Of a stretch of DNA of 64,000 nucleotides, positions 1 through 8,542 are shown in pieces. The first letter of the stretch is position 1; every line of letters begins with the position of its first letter. Where the stretch lies: NCBI GenBank assembly GCA_033042175.1, contig WCIL01000038.1:19226-83225 (forward strand), given 5' to 3'. Source of the DNA: Phycisphaera sp. RhM. Its GTDB lineage: Bacteria > Planctomycetota > Planctomycetia > Pirellulales > Pirellulaceae. Under the pieces are notes generated by a model, which was not told the origin of the DNA, did no database searches, and was given only the letters and a program-made list of their open reading frames with translations. The position numbers were made by a program, and so were the translations under genes.

Positions 1-1764
1 GAAGCGATGGCGGATTCGGCGGCGCGGACGGCACGCGATCCGCGAATGGCGCCGCTGTCGATGAGCGAATTGCCGTATTTGGATCTGTCGGTTTCGCTGC
101 TCGGGCCGCTGCGGCCCATCGGTGTCCCGGGGGAACAGCGGGAGCAGGCGGTCCAAGTGGGGACGCACGGCTTGCGGATCCAGTTCGGACACAACAGCGG
201 ATTGTTGCTGCCGCAGGTTGCGACCGAGCAAGGCTGGAATGCGCGTCAATTTTTGGACGCGGTGTGTCGCAAGGCGGGATTGCCGGCCGGCGTGTGGTTG
301 CGCGACGATGCCCAAGTGATGTTGTTTGATGGAGTCCACTTCGGTTGCAAATTCGAAACCGATCCGTCGCTTTTGCGGCATGAAAAACAATTGTTGACCC
401 GGCATGAATTGTCACTCTGTCGCGATTGGGTTCGCAGCAATTTGATCGCCCTGCAGATCGGCGCCACGCCGATGTATTACGCGATGGGGGTCAGCGATTT
501 GGAGGTCTTGGGGCTGATCCTTTCGGTCCGGCATCCCAGTCACGGTTCGCACCAGTGGCTGCAACTGAGCATCAAAGACACCCGCCCGATGCAGACATCG
601 CTGTATCAAATGACCGAACAGGCGTCGCTGTGGTTGGATGAACGCGTGTTTTCGGCAAACGAATGCGACGTCGAGTTGGCGGTCTTGAGTGATTGTGTGC
701 ATCACGGCCCGCTCGAGGATGCGGACATGCGGGGAACCGATGGCGGGACGCGGGCAATGGTGCTGACCGATGGCCGGCGTTGGGCGATTCAATACGGACA
801 GGACCAACAGCCGCAGGCGTTGATCGAAGCGGCACGGTCGATGGAACGGTTTCGCGGCGGCGAACAGTTGTATTCGATGCACTGTGACTGTTCCTGCGAC
901 GCGATTTCGGTGTCGCTCGGTCCCAGGGCCGATGCGGATTTCACCGTCCGACGGCCCGCCGTGGCCGGGGCGTTTTACCCCGCCGAGGACGGCGCCCGAG
1001 AGGCGGAGGTCGATGGGTTGTTGGATGGATTGCCGGATTGCGAAAAAAACAAGGCGTTTGCCGTGATGGTCCCGCACGCGGGGCTTCGATTCAGCGGCCG
1101 TGTGGCGGCGGAGATTTGGCGGCGAATTGATGTTCCCGATCGCGTGTTGATCATCGGTCCCAAGCACACCGCCGAGGGAGTCGATTGGGCGGTCGCGCCG
1201 CATCATCACTGGCAGTTGAGCGATACGGTTCAGATCGCGGGCGATGAGGAGCTGGCCCGCGAGTTGGCCGAACAGATTCCCGGCATGGAGCTGGATTCGC
1301 GTGCCCATGCGCGCGAACATGGGATCGAAGTGCAATTGCCGTTGATCAATCGCCTGTGCCCCGACGCCCGATTGGCCGCGATCGCGATGCACGGCGGGGA
1401 CGCCCAAACTTTGGATTCCGCCGCGTCGGCGTTGGCCGAGTGGATCAAGGAGCAGGACGAACCGCCGCTGCTGGTGATCAGCAGTGACATGAATCATTTT
1501 GCCGATGACGAAGAAAACCGGCGGCGAGACCGATTGGCACTGGACGCATTGGCCACCGGCGACGGCGCCGAATTGTTACGGGTTTGCGGCGAAGAAAGCA
1601 TCAGCATGTGCGGCCAAATCCCCGCGGCCCTGGTGTTGATGGTGATGCGAAAACTGGGCAAAACGGCCAAAGCGGAGGAGATCGCCTACGCGACGAGTGC
1701 AGACTACGGCGGTGGCAAAGAACGCGTGGTGGGGTATGCCGGGGTGATTTGGAAGGATGCGTAA
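1..1764 (+). CDS. AMMECR1-domain / MEMO1-family fusion protein (AmmeMemoRadiSam protein A+B-like), probably 5'-truncated by the window edge
   Basis: The frame is open from nt 1, with no in-frame stop before the ATG at 7. The N-part carries the AMMECR1 core 'GTHGLRIQFGHNSGLLLPQVATEQGW'. The C-part (from about aa 315) carries MEMO-like 'AFAVMVPHAGLRFSGRVAA', 'VLIIGPKH' and 'SSDMNHF'. The stop is at 1762-1764. Confidence 0.8.
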   Translation, partial: EAMADSAARTARDPRMAPLSMSELPYLDLSVSLLGPLRPIGVPGEQREQAVQVGTHGLRIQFGHNSGLLLPQVATEQGWNARQFLDAVCRKAGLPAGVWLRDDAQVMLFDGVHFGCKFETDPSLLRHEKQLLTRHELSLCRDWVRSNLIALQIGATPMYYAMGVSDLEVLGLILSVRHPSHGSHQWLQLSIKDTRPMQTSLYQMTEQASLWLDERVFSANECDVELAVLSDCVHHGPLEDADMRGTDGGTRAMVLTDGRRWAIQYGQDQQPQALIEAARSMERFRGGEQLYSMHCDCSCDAISVSLGPRADADFTVRRPAVAGAFYPAEDGAREAEVDGLLDGLPDCEKNKAFAVMVPHAGLRFSGRVAAEIWRRIDVPDRVLIIGPKHTAEGVDWAVAPHHHWQLSDTVQIAGDEELARELAEQIPGMELDSRAHAREHGIEVQLPLINRLCPDARLAAIAMHGGDAQTLDSAASALAEWIKEQDEPPLLVISSDMNHFADDEENRRRDRLALDALATGDGAELLRVCGEESISMCGQIPAALVLMVMRKLGKTAKAEEIAYATSADYGGGKERVVGYAGVIWKDA

Positions 1765-1873
1765 TTTGGCTGCCGTGAAAAACTCACGGTGATGAACCTT
1801 GCGGGCAAGGTCGGATTTTCGGTATGGCGTAAGGTTTCACCAGAAGATCAGCCACGAAAAGGATTTTGTGCCG

Positions 1874-2557
1874 ATGCGATTGTCTCGTTTTCATTCCTCG
1901 GGCAAGGGGACACGCCTGGTCGCAAGCCTCGGCTTGACGGCGGTCGCTTGCATTCTTGTTTCCACCCAAGCCGGCTGTCTCGGATTGCTGTCGAACCTGA
2001 TTCACGCCTCCGGCGCTGACAAGGTGCCGGCGGCCTATGAGGGGTTGGAGGATTCGCGCGTGGCGGTTGTCACGTTGACCGAAAACAGCCAATACAGCGA
2101 CGACGTGTCGGCGCGGATCTTGGGCCGCAATGTGATGCAATGGCTGTCCAAAGAGGTGGATGACATCGAACTGATTCGCGAAGACAAAATCGCGAACTGG
2201 CGCGACACCCACGGCTGGGACCAAGTCGAATTCGCCGAGATCGGCCGCGGCGTCGATGCGGAAAAGGTGCTGGCGATCGAAGTGATGAATTTGAAGCTGC
2301 GCGACGGAGCGACGTTGTATCGCGGCCACGCCGACGTTCAAATCACGGTGATCGATGCCAAGACCGGCGAAGAGCTATTCCGCCGTGACATCGACGATTT
2401 CACGTACCCCAACACCGCCGGGGTCTATACCAACGAGACGACCGAAGCCCGGTTCCGAAAACTTTATCTGGGGATTCTCGGCAAGCGAATCGCACGGCAA
2501 TTCTATCCGTATGACGCTCACGAAGACTTCGCGCTCGATTCCATCATCGCCCGCTAA
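1874..2557 (+). CDS. putative lipoprotein, unknown function
   Basis: The internal ATG at 1874 gives 'MRLSRFHSSGKGTRLVASLGLTAVACILVSTQAGC', a signal peptide with a lipobox-like Cys. The listed ORF start at 1799 adds an implausible leader. Its TAA (2555-2557) overlaps the convergent hisB stop. Confidence 0.6.
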   Translation: MRLSRFHSSGKGTRLVASLGLTAVACILVSTQAGCLGLLSNLIHASGADKVPAAYEGLEDSRVAVVTLTENSQYSDDVSARILGRNVMQWLSKEVDDIELIREDKIANWRDTHGWDQVEFAEIGRGVDAEKVLAIEVMNLKLRDGATLYRGHADVQITVIDAKTGEELFRRDIDDFTYPNTAGVYTNETTEARFRKLYLGILGKRIARQFYPYDAHEDFALDSIIAR

Positions 2558-3141
2558 AGCACGCCCTTGGTGCTCGGCACGCTGTCGCTGCGCGGGTCGG
2601 ATTCGGCGGCCATTCGAATCGCCCGGGCGACCGACTTGAACACGCACTCGGCGATGTGGTGTGCGTTGCGTCCGTGATGCAGCACGACATGCAGATTGCA
2701 ATTCGCATTGGCGGCAAACGATTGCCAAAAGTGCTCGACGAGTTCGCTGTCAAAGGTGCCGATCTTGGACGCCGCAATCGGGGCGTTGTATTCGAACGCG
2801 TAACGCCCGCCCAAGTCCACCGCCGCGGTGACCAAGCATTCATCCATCGGCAGCGTGAAGTGGCCGTAGCGACGAATTCCGGCGCGGTTGTCGAGCGCTT
2901 GATCGATCGCCTGTCCCAGCGCGATCCCGATGTCTTCGGCGGTGTGATGGTCGTCGACATGCAGGTCTCCCTTGGCTTCGACGTCCAAATCGATCATCGC
3001 GTGTTTGGCCAGCAAGTCCAGCATGTGATCCAGAAACCCGATCCCCGAGTTGCGCGTCCCCGAGCCGTCTCCGTCGAGATTGATCGAAAGGCGGATATCG
3101 GTTTCACCGGTGGTGCGTTGAATTTGAGCGGAGCGTGGCAT
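2554..3141 (-). CDS. hisB: imidazoleglycerol-phosphate dehydratase
   Basis: From the internal Met (CAT at 3139-3141): 'MPRSAQIQRTTGETDIRLSINLDG', 'DDHHTAEDIGIALG', 'HHIAECVFKSVARA'. These are the classic HisB metal-binding histidine motifs. Confidence 0.95.
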   Translation of the reverse strand: MPRSAQIQRTTGETDIRLSINLDGDGSGTRNSGIGFLDHMLDLLAKHAMIDLDVEAKGDLHVDDHHTAEDIGIALGQAIDQALDNRAGIRRYGHFTLPMDECLVTAAVDLGGRYAFEYNAPIAASKIGTFDSELVEHFWQSFAANANCNLHVVLHHGRNAHHIAECVFKSVARAIRMAAESDPRSDSVPSTKGVL

Positions 3142-3302
3142 GGTGGGTGTGACGTGATGGGGATGGGATCGACCTGTCGTTGGCAGAATATAGCGGCCCA
3201 ATGGGACCAAGGGGACCGATGGGACGCATGTGTCCTATCGGTCCTCTACCTCCCATTTCCTCGCCGTTGGACCGATGCGACCAATGGTGCGATTGTGACC
3301 GA

Positions 3303-4871
3303 TCACAGGATCGACCATTCGGGATCGAACGGGTCGACGGTTTCTGACGGGACGTTGGTGGAGTGTCGTTCGATTTGGATGCTGGCTTGTTGGCCGGTTG
3401 CGGGTAGTTTGGCTTCGACTTGCATCAACCCGTCGCGGTCGTAGCGAAAGGTGACGTCAACGGGCGTTCCTGCGGGCAGCTGGGCGGGCAGATGACCGAG
3501 GACGCATTTGCCGATGTGTGTCCCGTATCGGCCGCGTGAGTCACCGCCTTCGACGATTTCCACCGCGACGCTGCGTTGGTCATCACGCAGTGTTTGAAAC
3601 CGTGTGGTTTGTTTGACCGGGATGGGTGTGTTTCGCTGGATCATCACGTAGTTGCACGACAGGCGGGTCTCCAGGTCGATCCCGAGGACGCCCAGGTTGT
3701 GGGCATTGACATCAGAAATGACGAGTCGGCCGGAATCAGGTTCACCGGTTTTCTTTGCCGCGGCACGTGACTGGATCGTCGAAGCGTAGATGGCCGCACC
3801 ATGGGCGATCGCTTCATCGGCCGAGATCGACCGATTGGGTTCCATGCCCGAAAGGGCCGTGATCATCTCGGCGACTTGGGGCAGCCGCGTCGAGCCACCG
3901 ACCAGGATCACTTGATCGATCTGCTCCCATCGGGTTGCGGAGTCCTTCATCAATTTGCGGACGGTGAACCGCGTGCGATCGAGCAAATGTGCCGTCAGGT
4001 CTTCAAAGACACTTCGCGTGATCGTGGTGATTAACGTCGAAGATTGGAAGGTCAGACGAATCTTGACTTCGGTTCGCGAGGTCAGGGCATGTTTCAGTTC
4101 GGTCGCTTCCTGCATTAGCCAGGCGGCGCCGGTTTCCACTTCGGACGGGCGGAATTTGCACTTTTGGGCGAATTGATCGTCGAGCCACTTCACCAAGCAT
4201 CGGTCCCAGTCGATGCCACCGAGCATCGCGTTGCCATCGGTCGCGACGACGGTGATGTTCGAATGATCGACTTTGACCATGGACACATCAAAGGTGCCGC
4301 CGCCGAGGTCATAGATCAACACGGTTTGTGGACCGAGAATCTCACTGTGTTTTTCGATCCCGTAGGCGATTGCGGCGGCGGTCGGCTCGTTGATGATCGA
4401 CAGCACATCGAGCCCGGCGAGTTCGGCGGCGCGAATGGTCGATCGCCGTTTCGGTTCGTTGAAGTAGGCGGGCACGGTGATCACGGCCTGTGTGATCGGC
4501 CGCCCGAGTTTGGTTTCCGCGTCACGTTTCAGCCGACCCAAAATCAACGACTCGATGACTTCGGGAGCAACGCTGCGGCCGTCGACGGGATGCGACAGCG
4601 TGGGCTTGCCGATGTCGCGTTTGGCAAAGGTGGCAACATTGCCCGGCAGCGTGATTTGTGCTTTGAGTGCGAGTTTGCCGATCGTGACTTCCTGGTTTTC
4701 GATCAACGCCGCCGACGGTGTTGTCAGATCGCCTTCGCTATTGATGATCGTGTGGGGCTGGCCACGGTCGTCGACATAGGCAACGGCACTGTAGGTGGTT
4801 CCCAAATCGATGCCCACGACCAACGGCTTGTGGGGCTTGGACGTCGGCGTTTCGGACCCTTGAATGCTCAA
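3303..4871 (-). CDS. Hsp70-family ATPase, short form without the C-terminal helical lid (HscC / atypical DnaK-like)
   Basis: 'VVGIDLGTTYSAVAY', 'AVITVPAYFN', 'IINEPTAAAIAYG', 'IYDLGGGTFDVS' and 'ILVGGSTRLPQV' are the Hsp70 phosphate and adenosine motifs. At 522 aa it ends right after the beta substrate-binding domain. Confidence 0.9.
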   Translation of the reverse strand: MSIQGSETPTSKPHKPLVVGIDLGTTYSAVAYVDDRGQPHTIINSEGDLTTPSAALIENQEVTIGKLALKAQITLPGNVATFAKRDIGKPTLSHPVDGRSVAPEVIESLILGRLKRDAETKLGRPITQAVITVPAYFNEPKRRSTIRAAELAGLDVLSIINEPTAAAIAYGIEKHSEILGPQTVLIYDLGGGTFDVSMVKVDHSNITVVATDGNAMLGGIDWDRCLVKWLDDQFAQKCKFRPSEVETGAAWLMQEATELKHALTSRTEVKIRLTFQSSTLITTITRSVFEDLTAHLLDRTRFTVRKLMKDSATRWEQIDQVILVGGSTRLPQVAEMITALSGMEPNRSISADEAIAHGAAIYASTIQSRAAAKKTGEPDSGRLVISDVNAHNLGVLGIDLETRLSCNYVMIQRNTPIPVKQTTRFQTLRDDQRSVAVEIVEGGDSRGRYGTHIGKCVLGHLPAQLPAGTPVDVTFRYDRDGLMQVEAKLPATGQQASIQIERHSTNVPSETVDPFDPEWSIL

Positions 4872-4875
4872 ACGT

Positions 4876-7344
4876 TTACTCAGAATCGAGAGGGTTGGAT
4901 CGGGGCTGCCACGCCACGGTTGCCGTCAACATGCGATTCATGCCCGAGTTTTGCATGTAGACGGAGAACCAACACCTGCCATCCCAATTGCTGGGCGCCC
5001 ATTTCTGTAAATCGAGCGTGTATTGGGAGCTGACGGGCAAGAAATCACGGTCGTCGGGCACTTTGCCGGTGCCCCAAGGAGGATTCGGATAGAAGTAGTT
5101 CGGAGTGTTTGTGCCGAAGTTCAGGAACACCCGCTTGGTGTAACTGGAACCGGTGTGGTAATCGATGACGAAGCCGATTTTTGAGGTTGCCGAGGAGGTG
5201 ACCATGGTGGCGTGGGAGGGCGTACCTTGCACGCTGATCGTTCCGACGTTTTCAAACTCGATTCCGGCTGCGGCTTCGCCGGTTCCCAACGACGTGTTGC
5301 CCATTCCGACGACGATCGTGTTGCCGCGGATTCGGGCAAAATCCGTAGAGGCGGTTGAATCGTAGGTGCGGGATTGGATGACTTTGGGTTGCGCGGCCAA
5401 CGCTCGGTTCTTGGCATCCAGTTTGGCCTTGGCCGCTGCCTCGCGTTGTTCGGCGCGAATCCGCGAGGCGCTGAGCGGGCCGGGCGTTCCCAACGCGTTG
5501 AGAACGATCAGACGCTGATCGATTTTTCGAACTTCCAATCCGGCGGTCTTGAGTCGGGCCGATTGATAAAACGGTTTGGCGTGATTGGCCAGCGACCGTT
5601 TTTCAAAACTCGATTCGGAACTGTCGATGATCTTGAACCAGCCGTCGGCGACCTGCAGCTCCGTCATGTCTGCATTGGCGAGCGTCAATTCATTCGCGGC
5701 GGCTTCGCGGTAGAGCGGATCGGAACCGGCGGTGAGTCGCGGCAGCCCATCGGCCCAGCGGTTTTCGACCAGGCACAGGTACTTGCCGACGGACGCTTGG
5801 GCGTCGGCGTCGTCGGGAATCGATTCCAACGTTGTCAGGCCGCGTTGGGAAGCACTGAACAGAGTTTGCGCGTCGGCGAGCTGTTGTTGAACATCCTTCA
5901 GTCGGCCCAATTGGGGCGTCGGAATTCGTTTGACCGCTTCGAGCAGCGTCTTACAGATCGCGATGCCGTCATCGAGTCGGCCGGCGTGCAGACAGTCTTC
6001 AGCAACGTTGATCGCCGCGTCGGAAAACTCGGTCGTGGGGACACCTCGGCCGGCGACACTTTCGATGACGTCACGTTTCAGGCCCATCACATCGATCGCT
6101 TCGAACGATTGGTCGAGCAGATCGACCATTTCAAATGCCGAATCAAAGTCGCTTTCGCCGATGTAGATCTCGCGGGCGACGCGGTACAGGGCGAATCGGC
6201 CTTCGGGATCGTTCCTCGTTTCGTCGGCGGTTTCGCGCATCTGGTCTGCGACCGCAATCCGCTGCTCGCGCTGCCTGGCCTGCAAGTATTCCGGTTGGAA
6301 CAAGTCCCTGACCGTTTGCATCTTCGCGGTGATCGAGTCGGCCGAGGGAACCGGTTGTTTTCCCGCCGGCGTCACGTATTGGGCCAGACTGGGAGAGACG
6401 GGCGGAGTGGTCGTCGGGAAGAACGTGCCCGGTGGAGATGCCGGGTTAGTGGACGCGGCCGATGGGGGCGTCCGGTTGGGCGACGGATCGAGCGCGGGTG
6501 GTGCGGGGCCTGATGAAACCGCGGCCATGGCTTGGTTCGATTCGGTCTGGTTAGGCGGCAGTGACGCGGCGATTTTTTTTGGCGTGCCGGAGGGGGCCGT
6601 TGCATCCGCGTCGTCGGACGACGCTTCGGCTTCGGCGGGGACGTTGGAATCAGCGGCAAACTTGGCCGCTTGTTCGGCGGGGACTCCAAGACGTTCCAAT
6701 TTGTCCGGATCCAGATGCAGCTCGCCGTTCCAGATCGAAAAGAGCAGGTATCCGAGCATGATCAATGCGGGCAAGACGCCGATGGCCCAGAACAGGCTCA
6801 AGCGTTTTCGACGAGACGTTTTGGCGTTCGGCCGCGCGTGGACCCGCGGAGTTGGCGGTGCTTCGGGGCGGGGCGTTTGAGCGACCGCGACGGTGGTCGG
6901 GGGTGTCGTTGGAGGCGTGGTCGGGGCCGGCGAAGCGGCTGGAGTGCTCGCCGCCATCCCCAAGACGGCCGACGCATTTTGCGGTGCGGCCACGGGCTCG
7001 GATGTTTCGGCCGGAGTCTGTTTGGCTGTGCCGAGAGAATCGATGACGGAGTCGATGTCGATCTCGCCCTCGTCGAGCAACTCACGCAACTGGGCGTCAT
7101 AGTCCGCTTTTTTTTCGGCGTTGAGCAACCGCAGGCGCGCCGCCGAAATCCGATTGGAAAGCTCCTCGGCGGCCTCGCCGTGTTCGCCGTTGGTCAGACC
7201 ATGCAGAAACGTCAGGTCACGATCGGCGGCCATGTCGATGACTTCCGGATCGTCTTCAAAATTGGCCAGCCCCAGCAACCGATAGTCATTCGGCGGCTGT
7301 TCCGAGGGCGGGATGCCCAGCCACTTGTGAAGTGGGTCAAACAT
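4876..7344 (-). CDS. membrane-anchored J-like-domain protein with degenerate HPD and a large extracytoplasmic region
   Basis: The N-terminus 'NDYRLLGLANFEDDPEVIDMAADRDLTFLHGLTNGEH...KKADYDAQL' has J-domain spacing, but 'HGL' stands where HPD is expected. One TM ('LSLFWAIGVLPALIMLGYLLFSIW') is followed by a P/T/S/A-rich linker, a helical region and a beta-rich C-terminus. It ends 4 nt before the Hsp70 start. Confidence 0.75.
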   Translation of the reverse strand: MFDPLHKWLGIPPSEQPPNDYRLLGLANFEDDPEVIDMAADRDLTFLHGLTNGEHGEAAEELSNRISAARLRLLNAEKKADYDAQLRELLDEGEIDIDSVIDSLGTAKQTPAETSEPVAAPQNASAVLGMAASTPAASPAPTTPPTTPPTTVAVAQTPRPEAPPTPRVHARPNAKTSRRKRLSLFWAIGVLPALIMLGYLLFSIWNGELHLDPDKLERLGVPAEQAAKFAADSNVPAEAEASSDDADATAPSGTPKKIAASLPPNQTESNQAMAAVSSGPAPPALDPSPNRTPPSAASTNPASPPGTFFPTTTPPVSPSLAQYVTPAGKQPVPSADSITAKMQTVRDLFQPEYLQARQREQRIAVADQMRETADETRNDPEGRFALYRVAREIYIGESDFDSAFEMVDLLDQSFEAIDVMGLKRDVIESVAGRGVPTTEFSDAAINVAEDCLHAGRLDDGIAICKTLLEAVKRIPTPQLGRLKDVQQQLADAQTLFSASQRGLTTLESIPDDADAQASVGKYLCLVENRWADGLPRLTAGSDPLYREAAANELTLANADMTELQVADGWFKIIDSSESSFEKRSLANHAKPFYQSARLKTAGLEVRKIDQRLIVLNALGTPGPLSASRIRAEQREAAAKAKLDAKNRALAAQPKVIQSRTYDSTASTDFARIRGNTIVVGMGNTSLGTGEAAAGIEFENVGTISVQGTPSHATMVTSSATSKIGFVIDYHTGSSYTKRVFLNFGTNTPNYFYPNPPWGTGKVPDDRDFLPVSSQYTLDLQKWAPSNWDGRCWFSVYMQNSGMNRMLTATVAWQPRSNPLDSE

Positions 7345-7372
7345 GGCACATTGTGGGGCGGCGAAAGCGGTC

Positions 7373-8437
7373 TTAGAGCGATTGCAGAAACCGCTCGATC
7401 ATCATCATACACGCATCGGATTGTTGGTCGGTTCCCACCGAAATGCGTAAACCATCGCCCCAGTCGGGGAAGTCCATGTAGCGGATCAAGATTTGTTGCT
7501 TTTTGAGGAACTGGTGCAGGTCCGCATGCCGACCGCTGGGATGTTGGCACCAGACAAAATTCGCGTGCGAGGGCGTCACGTTGAATCCCATCTCGGTCAA
7601 TTGAGACTCCATCCGGGCCCGCGTGGCGTTCATTTTTTTCACCACGTCCTTCAGCCAATCTTGCGAACCGATGGCCGCCGTCGCTGCGACGGTTGCCAAG
7701 TAGTCGCAGTTGTAGCTGTCTTTGATGTTCGACAACTTCGCGACCAGTGACGGTTGGGCGACCAGGAAACCGAATCGGATGCCCGCCAAGCCGTACGATT
7801 TGCTCAGCGTCCGTGTGACCAGGATGTTGTCGTGTCGCCGCACTAGATCCAGGCAATTGAAATCGGCAAAATCCACGTAGGCTTCGTCAACGACCAGCGG
7901 ACAGGGCAACGAGGCGGCGAGTTGTTCGATCTGTTCGGCCGACACCACGGTTCCGCTGGGGCTGTTCGGATTGGGCAACAGCACCAACCGCAAGTCATTG
8001 TCGCCTTCGCCAAACATCGCCGGCAGATGCCAGCCGTCGAGAAAGGGAATCTGTTCCCACGACGCGCCTTGGATGTCCGCCAGCGTTCGGTAAAGGATGT
8101 AACTGGGGTAGGGCAGTCGCAGCTTTTGGCCTTCGCCGACAAAGCCCCGGACCAGGATGGTCAGGATTTCATCGCTTCCGTTGCCGGCCAGAATCCAATC
8201 GGGACCGGGCAGACCGAGCACTTCCGCGGCGGCGCGGCGAAACACGGTCGCGGTCGGGTCGGGGTAGCGGTTGAGCGGACCCGAGGCGGCATCTCGGATC
8301 GCCGAAACGACCGACGGTGGAGGCGGGTAGGGGTTTTCGTTGGTGTTGAGCTTGATGAATTTGCCCGGCGGTGGTTGCTCGCCGGGCGTGTAGGGCAACA
8401 TCCGCGAAAGGGCAGGGCGGAGGTCGGTTTTTGACAT
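7373..8437 (-). CDS. hisC: histidinol-phosphate aminotransferase
   Basis: The internal Met at 8437 gives 'MSKTDLRPALSRMLPYTPGEQPP'. 'NTNENPYPPPP' and the PLP-lysine motif 'TLSKSYGLAGIRFGF' are present. Confidence 0.93.
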   Translation of the reverse strand: MSKTDLRPALSRMLPYTPGEQPPPGKFIKLNTNENPYPPPPSVVSAIRDAASGPLNRYPDPTATVFRRAAAEVLGLPGPDWILAGNGSDEILTILVRGFVGEGQKLRLPYPSYILYRTLADIQGASWEQIPFLDGWHLPAMFGEGDNDLRLVLLPNPNSPSGTVVSAEQIEQLAASLPCPLVVDEAYVDFADFNCLDLVRRHDNILVTRTLSKSYGLAGIRFGFLVAQPSLVAKLSNIKDSYNCDYLATVAATAAIGSQDWLKDVVKKMNATRARMESQLTEMGFNVTPSHANFVWCQHPSGRHADLHQFLKKQQILIRYMDFPDWGDGLRISVGTDQQSDACMMMIERFLQSL

Positions 8438-8514
8438 GGGGGAGATGGCAGAAAAAGGGAGGGCGGAAGAATGGAAGTCGGGAAGGGAAGACAAGAACAT
8501 GGGTGACAGGAAAA

Positions 8515-8540
8515 TGAACCTGAAACCTGAAACCTGAAAC
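8515..8540 (-). repeat. perfect heptanucleotide tandem repeat, (GTTTCAG)x3 in transcript sense (CCTGAAA on the + strand)
   Basis: Plus strand 8519-8539 reads cctgaaa cctgaaa cctgaaa, with partial units on both sides. It begins 2-3 nt after the hisD stop (8543-8545) in the hisD-hisC spacer. Confidence 0.95.
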
Positions 8541-8542
8541 AC

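Noticed and set aside
412-1497. 361-aa ORF antisense to the AMMECR1/MEMO gene
   Set aside because: It is Arg/Gly/Pro-rich with no motif. This is the typical shadow ORF of high-GC DNA, and the sense strand carries clear family motifs.
5374-6513. 379-aa ORF antisense to the J-like protein gene
   Set aside because: It is a shadow ORF with Arg/Gly-rich low-information sequence. The opposite strand is coupled to the Hsp70 gene and has a J-like domain and a TM helix.
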